DNA of 64,000 nucleotides. It comes from Verrucomicrobiia bacterium. Lineage in GTDB: Bacteria > Patescibacteriota > Saccharimonadia > Saccharimonadales > JAGQNK01. The stretch lies in assembly GCA_035489575.1 (NCBI GenBank), contig DATHJY010000004.1, forward strand, positions 27,483-91,482, given 5' to 3'. Shown here piece by piece: positions 53,965 to 61,959 of the stretch (its first letter is position 1; every line of letters starts with the position of its first letter). The position numbers and the translations under genes are program-made. The notes beneath the pieces were generated by a model. It saw nothing but the letters and a program-made list of their open reading frames with translations, was not told where the DNA came from and searched no databases.

Positions 53965-54270
53965 ATGAGTGCAGAACACCTTATTACGTTTGCTGAGTTA
54001 CAAGAACGAATACTGGTCGCCAAGACGGCAGCGCTTATGGATTTTGAACAGTGGCAACAAGGCACGGGCGCGTTTTGGAATAACAAACCTTCCGAAGATT
54101 TGCGCTATGCTGGTTCGATAGAGCTCAGCAATGGCAAGCTCATTCCCATGCACTCGATCATAGGCTACATGGCTATGATATCCGGAGAACCAGACGTTTT
54201 TGGGTCTGACATATTTCCTGCAGCTGATGCAGCTGTAAACGAAGCGTCCCGGCCAGGGCCGAGCTCTTAA
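53965..54270 (+). CDS. hypothetical protein
   Basis: 101-aa ORF. Its 3' end overlaps the reverse-strand DUF721-like ORF by ~100 nt, so one of the two models is probably wrong or shorter. Confidence 0.3.
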   Translation: MSAEHLITFAELQERILVAKTAALMDFEQWQQGTGAFWNNKPSEDLRYAGSIELSNGKLIPMHSIIGYMAMISGEPDVFGSDIFPAADAAVNEASRPGPSS

Positions 54271-54412
54271 CTGCGATAATTATCTGCTTGGACTGCACCG
54301 TAACCTGTACGGGCTGTTGGTAGCGGTCCATGACATAGTCTTTTATTATTTGTACTTCTGGTGGTTCGGCAAAACGGCCCAGGGGCATTAGGTCGGCGAG
54401 GGAGTTAGTCAT
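54173..54412 (-). CDS. DUF721/DciA-like small protein
   Basis: 79 aa. The pattern ....V..V.V....L.IAV.SSALA..LR......L resembles DUF721 as remembered. Confidence 0.45.
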   Translation of the reverse strand: MTNSLADLMPLGRFAEPPEVQIIKDYVMDRYQQPVQVTVQSKQIIIAVKSSALAGTLRLQLHQLQEICQTQKRLVLRIS

Positions 54413-54447
54413 GCTTTCATGGTAACAGATAGGCTACAATAAAGGTC

Positions 54448-55326
54448 ATGCCCGAACTCCCCGAAGTAGAGACCGTAAAACTTGGTCTGAACCAATTGGT
54501 GATTGGCAAAAAGGTAGCCAGTGTTAATTTTAATTGGTCTAAGTCTTTTCCGAACGCTCCTGAAGATGTCCGTCAGTTTTTGGTGGGAGCTCAGCTGTTG
54601 GCAGTCAGGCGCCGAGCCAAGGTGCTGATCATAGAACTAGACAGCAAGTATTCCTTGCTCATTCACCTAAAAATGACTGGCCAGCTGGTGTTTGTAGGCA
54701 CCCAGACACGGTTTGGGGCAGGGCATCCAAATGACTCACTCATTGGCCAATTACCAGATACATCTACCCGTGTCACGTTTACATTCACGGACGGTAGCTT
54801 TTTGTATTTTAATGACCAGCGTAAGTTTGGTTGGGTCCGGCTGGTACCGACGGCCGAGATCCCCAACATAGATTTCTTTAAAAAAGTTGGGCCAGAACCA
54901 CTGGCTGCCGACTTTACGGTCGCGGCTTTTCATCAGCGATTGCTGCGACGCCCGGGCAGCGGCATAAAGGCAGTGCTGCTGGACCAGACGGTCATAGCCG
55001 GAGTGGGCAATATCTATGCTGACGAATCGCTCTGGGCAGCAAAGATCCACCCCATCACGTTGGTCCGAAGCCTCTCGGCATCTCAGACCAAAACCTTGTT
55101 TATAGCACTTCGCGACGTTCTGGAGCTATCTATTGCAAAGGGCGACAGCAGTGACAAAAACTATGTAGATGCCCAGGGCAAAAAGGGCAGCTATAGTAGC
55201 TTTGCCAAAGTCTTTCGGCGCGAAGGGCAGCCCTGCGAACGCCACCCTGATACCATGATCATAAAACTAAGAGTAGCTGGCCGCGGGACACACATCTGCC
55301 CCCAATGCCAAAAGGTGGTTATATGA
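54448..55326 (+). CDS. mutM: formamidopyrimidine-DNA glycosylase
   Basis: N-terminal MPELPEVE, an H2TH region and a C-terminal zinc finger C..C....C.QCQ. Confidence 0.93.
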   Translation: MPELPEVETVKLGLNQLVIGKKVASVNFNWSKSFPNAPEDVRQFLVGAQLLAVRRRAKVLIIELDSKYSLLIHLKMTGQLVFVGTQTRFGAGHPNDSLIGQLPDTSTRVTFTFTDGSFLYFNDQRKFGWVRLVPTAEIPNIDFFKKVGPEPLAADFTVAAFHQRLLRRPGSGIKAVLLDQTVIAGVGNIYADESLWAAKIHPITLVRSLSASQTKTLFIALRDVLELSIAKGDSSDKNYVDAQGKKGSYSSFAKVFRREGQPCERHPDTMIIKLRVAGRGTHICPQCQKVVI

Positions 55327-56135
55327 CGGTACATACTTTTCATTTTTCGGGCGAGCCTGCCCATCATCCAGACGAGGATGCTAGGGCCTGGCGTGACAAT
55401 CGATTTGCAGTGTTTGACGGTATCACGCTACTGCACCAACAGCCATACCCGGACCCATCACCCGCTGCGGCCGCAGCACAGGCTGGCTGTCAGGCGGTTT
55501 TGGATACGCCGTTAGATGCGCAGGGTCCAGAAAAAACCCTCCGACATATGGCCGCAGAGGCCAATCGGCATATCAAGCAACTCAATCAATTTCTGAACAT
55601 CACTGAACAAACGGTAGACTACCTAGCGGTGCAGTACGCTGCGGCTGTCGGAGCGTATGGGTTTATCCAGGATGATACGCTGCACTGTGCCCAGCTGAAC
55701 GATTGCGAAGTGATGGTGCTGAACAAGCAGGGTGATATCACCTTTCGGTTAGAGACTGATACCGGTCCGGTTAACGCCTACCTGCGTCATCTGCAGGATA
55801 CACACCATTTTGCTGCTAGTAGTCCCGAAGAACACCAGTATGCTCGCAAAAACGTTATCAACAATACCCAGCTGGAGTTTCAGGGTGTACCCATACGCAT
55901 GGGTGTATTTACCGGCCAGGAGGTTGCCGAGCAGTTTATAACTATCGGGCAGCATCAGCTTGCGCCAGGCGACACGGTTTTGTTCTATAGCGACGGCATG
56001 CTGCCGTTTGTTGATAACCCGGCGTTCAGGAAGTACTTGGCGACAGCCGCGGACTTCAAAGATTTAGATAGTTTTCATCGCTCCTTGGGCGGCCGGCTGG
56101 CAGAGCGTTCGCTTGTGCTCGTGCGTCCAGGGTAA
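55323..56135 (+). CDS. PP2C/SpoIIE-like phosphatase-fold protein (tentative)
   Basis: ATGA overlap with mutM. FAVFDG, VLFYSDGM and a C-terminal SLVLVR are positioned like PPM-family motifs, but several metal-binding residues could not be confirmed by eye. Confidence 0.4.
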   Translation: MTVHTFHFSGEPAHHPDEDARAWRDNRFAVFDGITLLHQQPYPDPSPAAAAAQAGCQAVLDTPLDAQGPEKTLRHMAAEANRHIKQLNQFLNITEQTVDYLAVQYAAAVGAYGFIQDDTLHCAQLNDCEVMVLNKQGDITFRLETDTGPVNAYLRHLQDTHHFAASSPEEHQYARKNVINNTQLEFQGVPIRMGVFTGQEVAEQFITIGQHQLAPGDTVLFYSDGMLPFVDNPAFRKYLATAADFKDLDSFHRSLGGRLAERSLVLVRPG

Positions 56136-56182
56136 CCATGACTCACTGAGGGTTTATATACTTATATCAAATCAAAATGTTT

Positions 56183-56243
56183 AGTGGCCCCGCTCGGTGA
56201 TATCTAGGAAATTTCCCTAGAGTTACACCGAGCGGGGGCCACT
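56183..56243. repeat. 61-nt near-perfect hairpin at the low-GC/high-GC boundary
   Basis: AGTGGCCCCGCTCGGTG (56183-56199) pairs with CACCGAGCGGGGGCCACT (56226-56243), with one extra G. There is an inner TCTAGG/CCTAGA stem and no flanking U-tract. Confidence 0.6.
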
Positions 56244-56279
56244 GCGACTAGCTAGGGGTAACCCAGCGGGACTTGGGGC

Positions 56280-56951
56280 CTACTTGAAGGCGTTGACGGG
56301 GCCGGCGTCCATCTGGACGGTGCCATCGGCACGCAGCACTGGCCGGCTCTCTGAGTTCCGTGCGCTGTAGAGCTCCAGCGCCTCGATGACCACGCCGTCG
56401 GGCGTGTTGCGGATGATGCCGGGCACGCAGGTGTAGACATTGTCGTCGTCGTTGGCGTGCTTGGCGTCGACGCCCACCTTGGTGCCCTGACCGTTGTCGA
56501 TCTCCAGCCCCACGCGGTAGCGGAAGAACGAGCCCTGACCGTTGGATCGGGCCGAGTAGGCGACGGGCAGTACAGCCACGATGTCGTCGGTCAGCCGGAT
56601 CTCCAGCGTCTCCTGGGCCTGACCGTCCGCACTGCGGCCGACGTCACCGAGATGCCGGACGGCACCGTCGGGGGTCTGGAGCTGGAAGCCCTTCTTGTCC
56701 TGCTCGGTTCCGAAGGTCGCCACCGTCTCCATGCTGCCGTCACGGTAGCCCACGAGAGCGTAGAGATCGTAGTCGGTCTTGGAGCTCCAGCTGGTGCGGG
56801 CCACGATGAGGGGGGTCTTGTCGATGCTGACCGACTGGCCCTTGCTCAGGCTGACCGCGCCGGACCGCTTGCCGAGGTCGACCGCCGGGGCAGCAGCCGA
56901 GGGGACGGGCTGGTCCTGGTCCTGGTCCTGGTCCTTTTTGAAAAATCCCAT
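56280..56951 (-). CDS. TerD-domain protein, divergent (TerA/TerZ-like)
   Basis: Start at ATG 56951. VSLSKGQSVSI, then W....DYDLYALV and HLGDVG...DG..QE.LEI, follow the TerD-fold order, but the acidic Ca-binding cluster is degenerate. Very GC-rich third positions. Confidence 0.6.
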   Translation of the reverse strand: MGFFKKDQDQDQDQPVPSAAAPAVDLGKRSGAVSLSKGQSVSIDKTPLIVARTSWSSKTDYDLYALVGYRDGSMETVATFGTEQDKKGFQLQTPDGAVRHLGDVGRSADGQAQETLEIRLTDDIVAVLPVAYSARSNGQGSFFRYRVGLEIDNGQGTKVGVDAKHANDDDNVYTCVPGIIRNTPDGVVIEALELYSARNSESRPVLRADGTVQMDAGPVNAFK

Positions 56952-57032
56952 GGGATTTCCTTTCGCTGTCATAGTCAACTCGTTTGAGTTGAGACAAATA
57001 TATAAAACTGATAAGGTGCTTACGAGAATGTA

Positions 57033-57061
57033 TTTATAAATTAACTTCTACAAATTGTCAA
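57033..57061 (-). promoter_or_regulatory. sigma70-type promoter for the TerD-like gene
   Basis: On the reverse strand: TTGACA (57061-57056), 17 nt, TATAAA (57038-57033), in an AT-rich spacer. Confidence 0.5.
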
Positions 57062-57378
57062 CTTTTTAACCTAGTGGGTACGGAAAAGAGGTCATCGCTC
57101 GGCCTACCGTCGAGGGCGAGAAGGCGAAGATCCACCATCTTTTCTGCTCCATTTCGGGTAGTCGGATGGCTTGATAGCTGCCATGCTATAAGGTAAAAAT
57201 AAACTTGAATCAAGAATATTGTTATTACTACAAGAAAATTGTAAAGAGGTTTTTTCTATGCTACACTTGGCTCTGCTTTTCGACTCAGAAAGTGAAAAAC
57301 AAGAGAGTTTTGAGGAGCATTTAAGTCCCTTAACAATTCGTTGATTCCCAAGGCAATCCTCCAAAAGGAGGGAGAGAG

Positions 57379-58524
57379 GTGTCAGACAACCCCGGTCCTA
57401 TCAGCCGACTCAAGGCTCGCGCGGCCGGTGAAGTCTCCGCCGCTCCTCTTGCAAGCCGCCTTGTGGCCGGTGCCTCTAGCCGCTACGATGCCGCCACCAA
57501 GCTTGATGAAACGCTTGCCGAAGCAGGTTTCAGTCTCCACGGTTTGTGGACACTGTCACCCGCACAACAGGCCGTCGCCCAGCTTTGGTGGTTGAGTGCC
57601 GTAGGGTGGGAGACGGCTGAGCGGTTCTTTGCTCGGCTGACGTCTGCCACACAACGGCAATTCATCGATCGCGATGGAGTGCCATGGTGCGAAGGGCTGT
57701 GTGCCGCCGCCGAGACCTATACGACCGAAGCAGTTCGCTGCCAAAGTCAGGTAGAGGTCCAGGTGTCGGTGCCCCCGCCTCAGATCAAGCAGCTCAAGGA
57801 CCTCCCCGTGACCGACGACCTTGTCGCTGGAACCTGGGCAATCCTCGAGGCCATCTACGACCGTGTGCAAGAAGACCAGACTCGCTTGCTTGGTATGAAA
57901 GTGCCCAAGCGGTTCCGGCCAGTACTGCACGAGATCGTGAAGATTGTGCACCCCAACATGGCGGTGTTCGAACATCTCAGGCAGGAGTGGGACTCAGCTA
58001 CTACAGCCAGTACTCGACTGGGTGTCGTGAACCAGGGTTTCGACCCCATTCGCGCGCTCTTCCGGGCTGGCCAAATGTGCTGGGCACCCTCCCTGACTGG
58101 CCAGGTGTACCTGCAGTGTTTGCATACCCAACCAACGCTGGAAGATCTGGAGTTCGGGTTTGACCCGTGGCTCTTGACCGATCCATTGCAGCGGAAGGCT
58201 CGCGAGCCCAAGCTGGAACACCAGCAGGAACTCACGCGTTTCTGGGAGAAGGTGACTTCCCCTGGCGATGCACGTGAGGTGGCACAGCAATTGGAGCAGT
58301 GGGTTCGTAATCGCAAGATCCGGCAGCGCTGGGGACAAGGCCAAGTCATGGTTCCGTGGCCCTCGCAGTTTCTGGTGCGATACCCAGTCTCCTACGGAGG
58401 CCGATCGTTCCAGTGCGGAGATCTTATCTCTGCTTTCGTTCTTCAACAGTCCGATAAGGACTGGCAGGTAGAGATTCGTCGAACAGGACGGGTCACGGAC
58501 TTGCTGGAACTATTCGGCCAGTAG
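57379..58524 (+). CDS. hypothetical protein, no recognisable domain (centre of the Ter island)
   Basis: GTG at 57379 preceded by AAAAGGAGGGAGAG. 381 aa. Codon third positions are only moderately G/C-biased, unlike the flanking ter genes. The overlapping alternative-frame ORFs look like GC shadows. Confidence 0.55.
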   Translation: MSDNPGPISRLKARAAGEVSAAPLASRLVAGASSRYDAATKLDETLAEAGFSLHGLWTLSPAQQAVAQLWWLSAVGWETAERFFARLTSATQRQFIDRDGVPWCEGLCAAAETYTTEAVRCQSQVEVQVSVPPPQIKQLKDLPVTDDLVAGTWAILEAIYDRVQEDQTRLLGMKVPKRFRPVLHEIVKIVHPNMAVFEHLRQEWDSATTASTRLGVVNQGFDPIRALFRAGQMCWAPSLTGQVYLQCLHTQPTLEDLEFGFDPWLLTDPLQRKAREPKLEHQQELTRFWEKVTSPGDAREVAQQLEQWVRNRKIRQRWGQGQVMVPWPSQFLVRYPVSYGGRSFQCGDLISAFVLQQSDKDWQVEIRRTGRVTDLLELFGQ

Positions 58525-58591
58525 CAAGTTCACCAACCCACGGCTGATGGGTCCTCCATCAGCAACACCCAGAAACAGGAGAGTGATACCG

Positions 58592-59197
58592 ATGGATACC
58601 GTTTCCCTCGAAAAGGGCGAGAACGTCAACCTCAGCAAGATGGTCGCCGATGCAGGTGGCACCCTGACCAAGGTCAGCGTGCGCGCCGGCTGGGATGCGA
58701 AGAGCGTCAACACCACCGGTCCGGGCTTCGACATCGACATCTCGGCGTTCGTCCTCGACAAGGACCGCAAGATCCTCAGCCAGGATCCGAGGTGGTTCAT
58801 CTACTTCAAGAACCTCGACTCGCCCGACGGCTCGGTCCACCACCACGGTGACAACCTGACGGGTGCTGGCGACGATGACGACGAGATCATCGACGTCAAC
58901 CTCGATCAGCTTCCCACCATCGCCCAGCGTTCGGTCTTCTCTGCGACGGTCTTCGAGGCTGTCAAGCGGAGCCACAACTTCGGCAACATGCAGAACGCCT
59001 TCGTCCGCGTGCTGGACGACAGCACCGGCATCGAGCTGGTGCGCTACGACCTGACCGAGGACTACGCGTCCGCCATCGGCCTCGTCGTCGGCGAGCTCTA
59101 CCTCCACGACGGCGACTGGAAGTTCCGCGCCAAGGGCGACGTCTACCCCGCCGGTCTGGCCGGTCTGTGTGCCGAGCACGGCGTGGCGGTGAAGTAG
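58592..59197 (+). CDS. terD: TerD family stress protein
   Basis: Start at ATG 58592 after AGGAGAG. VSLEKGENVNLSK, GWD......GFDIDISAFVL, the Ca-binding signature HHHGDNLTGAGDDDDEII, NAFVRV, and GELY....WKFRA.G at ~200 aa make this a canonical TerD. Confidence 0.9.
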   Translation: MDTVSLEKGENVNLSKMVADAGGTLTKVSVRAGWDAKSVNTTGPGFDIDISAFVLDKDRKILSQDPRWFIYFKNLDSPDGSVHHHGDNLTGAGDDDDEIIDVNLDQLPTIAQRSVFSATVFEAVKRSHNFGNMQNAFVRVLDDSTGIELVRYDLTEDYASAIGLVVGELYLHDGDWKFRAKGDVYPAGLAGLCAEHGVAVK

Positions 59198-59373
59198 AGC
59201 CAAGTCCAGGGATCAACACCCGCTCCACCAAGGAGCACCGGCTTTGACGCCTAGCGTCTAGCCAACCCCCTAGGGGTGGTCCTCATGCTCCAGCTCCGGC
59301 TGTGAAAACTTGGACCACCCCTTTCGACTATCTGGGCATATCCATGTCCAGAGTGTTCCATCGGGAGGAATCG

Positions 59374-59598
59374 ATGGCACTGGAAAGTGACAACACCAAC
59401 GTCAAGGACGACGACTCCGGCCTGGAGCCGAAGACCGTTGCCATCCTGGTGGCGATCGCCTTCGTCGCGGGCACGCTGTTCGGCGTGGCGATTCTGCCGC
59501 TGATCATGTGGCTGGTGAGGATCGCCTTCTGGACGGCTGTGATCATCGCGATCATCGGCCTCGTCTACAAGCTCCGGCCAGGGCGTTCCCGCTCCTAG
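59374..59598 (+). CDS. small two-TM membrane protein
   Basis: ATG at 59374 after GGAGGAA. 74 aa with an acidic N-terminus, then two hydrophobic helices. Confidence 0.5.
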   Translation: MALESDNTNVKDDDSGLEPKTVAILVAIAFVAGTLFGVAILPLIMWLVRIAFWTAVIIAIIGLVYKLRPGRSRS

Positions 59599-59694
59599 CC
59601 AACCCTCATCGTGGGGGGTGAGTCTTCGGGCTCACTCCTCACACCGAGGTATCTGGACCCGGTCAGACCTGTCGGTCTCACTCGGTCCGTAGTA

Positions 59695-59741
59695 GGGTCA
59701 ACATGATTTTTTTATTCTTCCATGTTGGCCCGCTTTTTTTA
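59695..59741 (+). terminator. rho-independent terminator
   Basis: 11-bp stem GGGTCAACATG (59695-59705) / CATGTTGGCCC (59721-59731, one G-U), followed by a T-run (59734-59740). Confidence 0.7.
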
Positions 59742-59881
59742 TTCAAAATTTGGGTATAAAAATCCCCTACAACGGGGGTACGTTTGATTATTAGTATAAA
59801 AAATTTAGTACGAGTCTTCAGCGGCAGAGCAGTGGGTGGCCCCCGAGGGCAAAAAGAGCCTTTTGGGGGCCACCGTTACTG

Positions 59882-61012
59882 CTACGCGACGTGCAAGGGC
59901 GTCGAGCTGGGGACGGCGTGGTTGCCGTCGTTGGGCTCGTCGACCTCGGGGGTCGGGGGGTTCTTCTTGGTGTGCCGACGGCTGCTGATGAAGGCGGCGG
60001 TGATGAAGCCGACGCTCAGGCTACCGGTGACCCACTCGGGGATCTCGAACCGGAGGCTCAGCAGCACACACAGCGCCAAGGCGCCGATGGCCCAGTGAGC
60101 GCCATGCTCCAGGAACCGGTACTTGGTCAGGGTCTGGTGGCGGATGACGTGAACGGTCAGCGACCGCACGTGCACCGCACCGATACCCAGACCAGCCGTG
60201 ATCAGCAGCACCTTGTCGGTGAGGGCGAACGCGCCGACGACTCCGTCGAAGGAGAACGATGCGTCCAGCATCTCCAGGTACAGGAAGCTGAAGAAGCCCG
60301 CCTTGGCGGCGTTCTTGGCCAGCTGACTGCCGTTGCTGCTTTCGTCTTCCTCGTCATTCTCGAAGACGCTGTCGAAGGCGTTGACCAGCAGGTAGACGAC
60401 CAGACCGAGCAGACCGGCGAACAGCACGGCTTCCTTGTGGTCACCACCCCAGAGTGAGGCGACGGTCAGCAGTGTGAACAGGGCGACGATCACCGACACG
60501 GTGTCCAGCTTGCCGACCTTGATGAGCGGACGCTCCAGTCGTCGCAGCCAGACGATGTCCTTGTCCTCCAGGATGAAGTTGAGGAAGATCATGAACAGGA
60601 ACGTGCCGCCGAAGGCAGCTAGCTGCGGGTGGGCGGTTTCCAGGTGCTCGGCGTAGACGTGCGGGTGGTTCAGCGCCAGGTCGATGACCTCGCCAAAGCC
60701 CAGGTGGGCGGTGAGGCTGACCAGCACGACGGGGAACACGGCTCGCATGCCGATGACTGCCACGGCGATGCCGACGGTCATGAAGATCTTCTGCCACATG
60801 GGTGACATCTTCTCCAGCACCTTGGCGTTGACCACGGCGTTGTCGAAGCTGAAGACGACCTCGATGATCACCAGAGCGGTCAGCGGCAGAAGCGCTGCTG
60901 GGCCCATGGTGACGAGGATGACACCGTACAGCACGAGAGTCGTGAGCCAGGTGAAGAAGTAGATCCTGAACATGGAGTCGGGGTTCTTGACGTGATGATG
61001 CAAGAAGCGCAT
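59882..61012 (-). CDS. DUF475 / TerC-related integral membrane protein
   Basis: Start at ATG 61012 (MRFLHHH). The repeated motifs FSFDNAVVNA and ASFSFDGVVGAFALT within a polytopic membrane protein match DUF475 as remembered. Very GC-rich. Confidence 0.7.
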   Translation of the reverse strand: MRFLHHHVKNPDSMFRIYFFTWLTTLVLYGVILVTMGPAALLPLTALVIIEVVFSFDNAVVNAKVLEKMSPMWQKIFMTVGIAVAVIGMRAVFPVVLVSLTAHLGFGEVIDLALNHPHVYAEHLETAHPQLAAFGGTFLFMIFLNFILEDKDIVWLRRLERPLIKVGKLDTVSVIVALFTLLTVASLWGGDHKEAVLFAGLLGLVVYLLVNAFDSVFENDEEDESSNGSQLAKNAAKAGFFSFLYLEMLDASFSFDGVVGAFALTDKVLLITAGLGIGAVHVRSLTVHVIRHQTLTKYRFLEHGAHWAIGALALCVLLSLRFEIPEWVTGSLSVGFITAAFISSRRHTKKNPPTPEVDEPNDGNHAVPSSTPLHVA

Positions 61013-61174
61013 CAGGTTGGTGCCTTTCTCTTTGGGAACAAGCAATCACGGCACCACCTCGCGGTGATACGGCCATTGCTTGCCCCAATATGGCGAAGAC
61101 TCGTACTTTAAATGAACGATCCCACCGAAGTGAGACCAAGGCATACAATAACATAACTCAGTAGTAAAGGCAAT

Positions 61175-61201
61175 AAAAAACCTCTGGTAGATTCCAGAGG
61201 G
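61175..61201 (-). terminator. rho-independent terminator (reverse strand)
   Basis: On the reverse strand: CCTCTGG-AATCTA-CCAGAGG followed by TTTTTT (the A-run 61175-61180 on the + strand). Confidence 0.7.
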
Positions 61202-61420
61202 CGTACGGTTCAAAAAAAAGGGGGGCAGGGGATCGCATCGGGGGTAGGGGGGTGATCAAAGATCACTGCTACGTTGATGAGATCCCCTGAGGGAGACGGC
61301 GCAATGGCCACATGCGTTGGCTTGGGCCAATGCACCGTCTCCCAGCGAGGGGTTGCCTGTCAGGCGGGTGTCGAAGCGAGTGCTACGATGCCGTGTGCCT
61401 GATCAGGCGATGAGCTGAGC

Positions 61421-61879
61421 TCAGCTGGCGAACCAGACCGGGACCTCGTCGCCGGGCAGGCTGTTCACGTCGAGCACGTCCACGTCGTCGGCGGCGGGGC
61501 CGTCGTCGTCGAGCTGGCGCAGCCAGTTGGCGACCTCGCCGTCGGGCTGGTTGTTCACCACCACGATGACGATCTTGTCGCCGTCCAGGTTGGCCACGGC
61601 GGCCTCGACGCTGGCGCGGTCGGCGGTGTTGCCGTCGCTGATGACGATCGACAGGTCGTTGCCGTCGGTGGACGCGGCGTTGCGCTTGGCGACCTCGAGG
61701 GCGCCGGCGAGGTCGGTGCCGTAGGTGATGACCGGGACGTTGCTGTCCGAGTCGAACGGGGTGTAGGCGGCGACGGCGGCGTCGGCGGCCTTCTGGACGC
61801 TGTTGTCGGCGACCTCGTCGGTCATCGAGGCGACGGTGGTGTCCGGGACGAGGACCACGACGTTGGTCTTGTTGCTCAT
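61421..61879 (-). CDS. small alpha/beta protein, vWA/TerY-like (tentative)
   Basis: Nearly every codon ends in G/C. The strand order VVVLVPDTT.ASM ... TDLAGALEVA ... IVISDGNTAD ... KIVIVVVN mimics a minimal vWA fold with a degenerate MIDAS. The longer Arg-rich ORF 61383-61988 is an out-of-frame shadow. Confidence 0.55.
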   Translation of the reverse strand: MSNKTNVVVLVPDTTVASMTDEVADNSVQKAADAAVAAYTPFDSDSNVPVITYGTDLAGALEVAKRNAASTDGNDLSIVISDGNTADRASVEAAVANLDGDKIVIVVVNNQPDGEVANWLRQLDDDGPAADDVDVLDVNSLPGDEVPVWFAS

Positions 61880-61959
61880 GCTGGAAGGTTCTCCCTCTTG
61901 GTGTCTTTTTGCCTTTTCGGGGCATTGGACGGGGTTGTTGCCACTGGTGTGACCGAATT

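Noticed and set aside
57104-57364. 86-aa ORF in the AT-rich spacer upstream of the 381-aa gene
   Set aside because: It lies in a divergent promoter region, has no RBS and gives a low-complexity S/K/C-rich product. This region more plausibly carries the promoters for the flanking genes.
58559-59203. 214-aa ORF antisense to terD, plus several ORFs in other frames across 57.4-61.2 kb (e.g. 57855-58349, 58962-59231, 59891-60457, 60441-61154)
   Set aside because: High GC suppresses stop codons in all frames. The products are R/G/A/P-rich nonsense, while the chosen frames show family motifs and G/C-biased third positions.
61020-61140. Expected yybP-ykoY Mn riboswitch upstream of the TerC-related gene
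   Set aside because: The conserved GGGGAGTAG ... TTGACATA-type cores are not present. Only a generic long hairpin is seen, which is reported separately.
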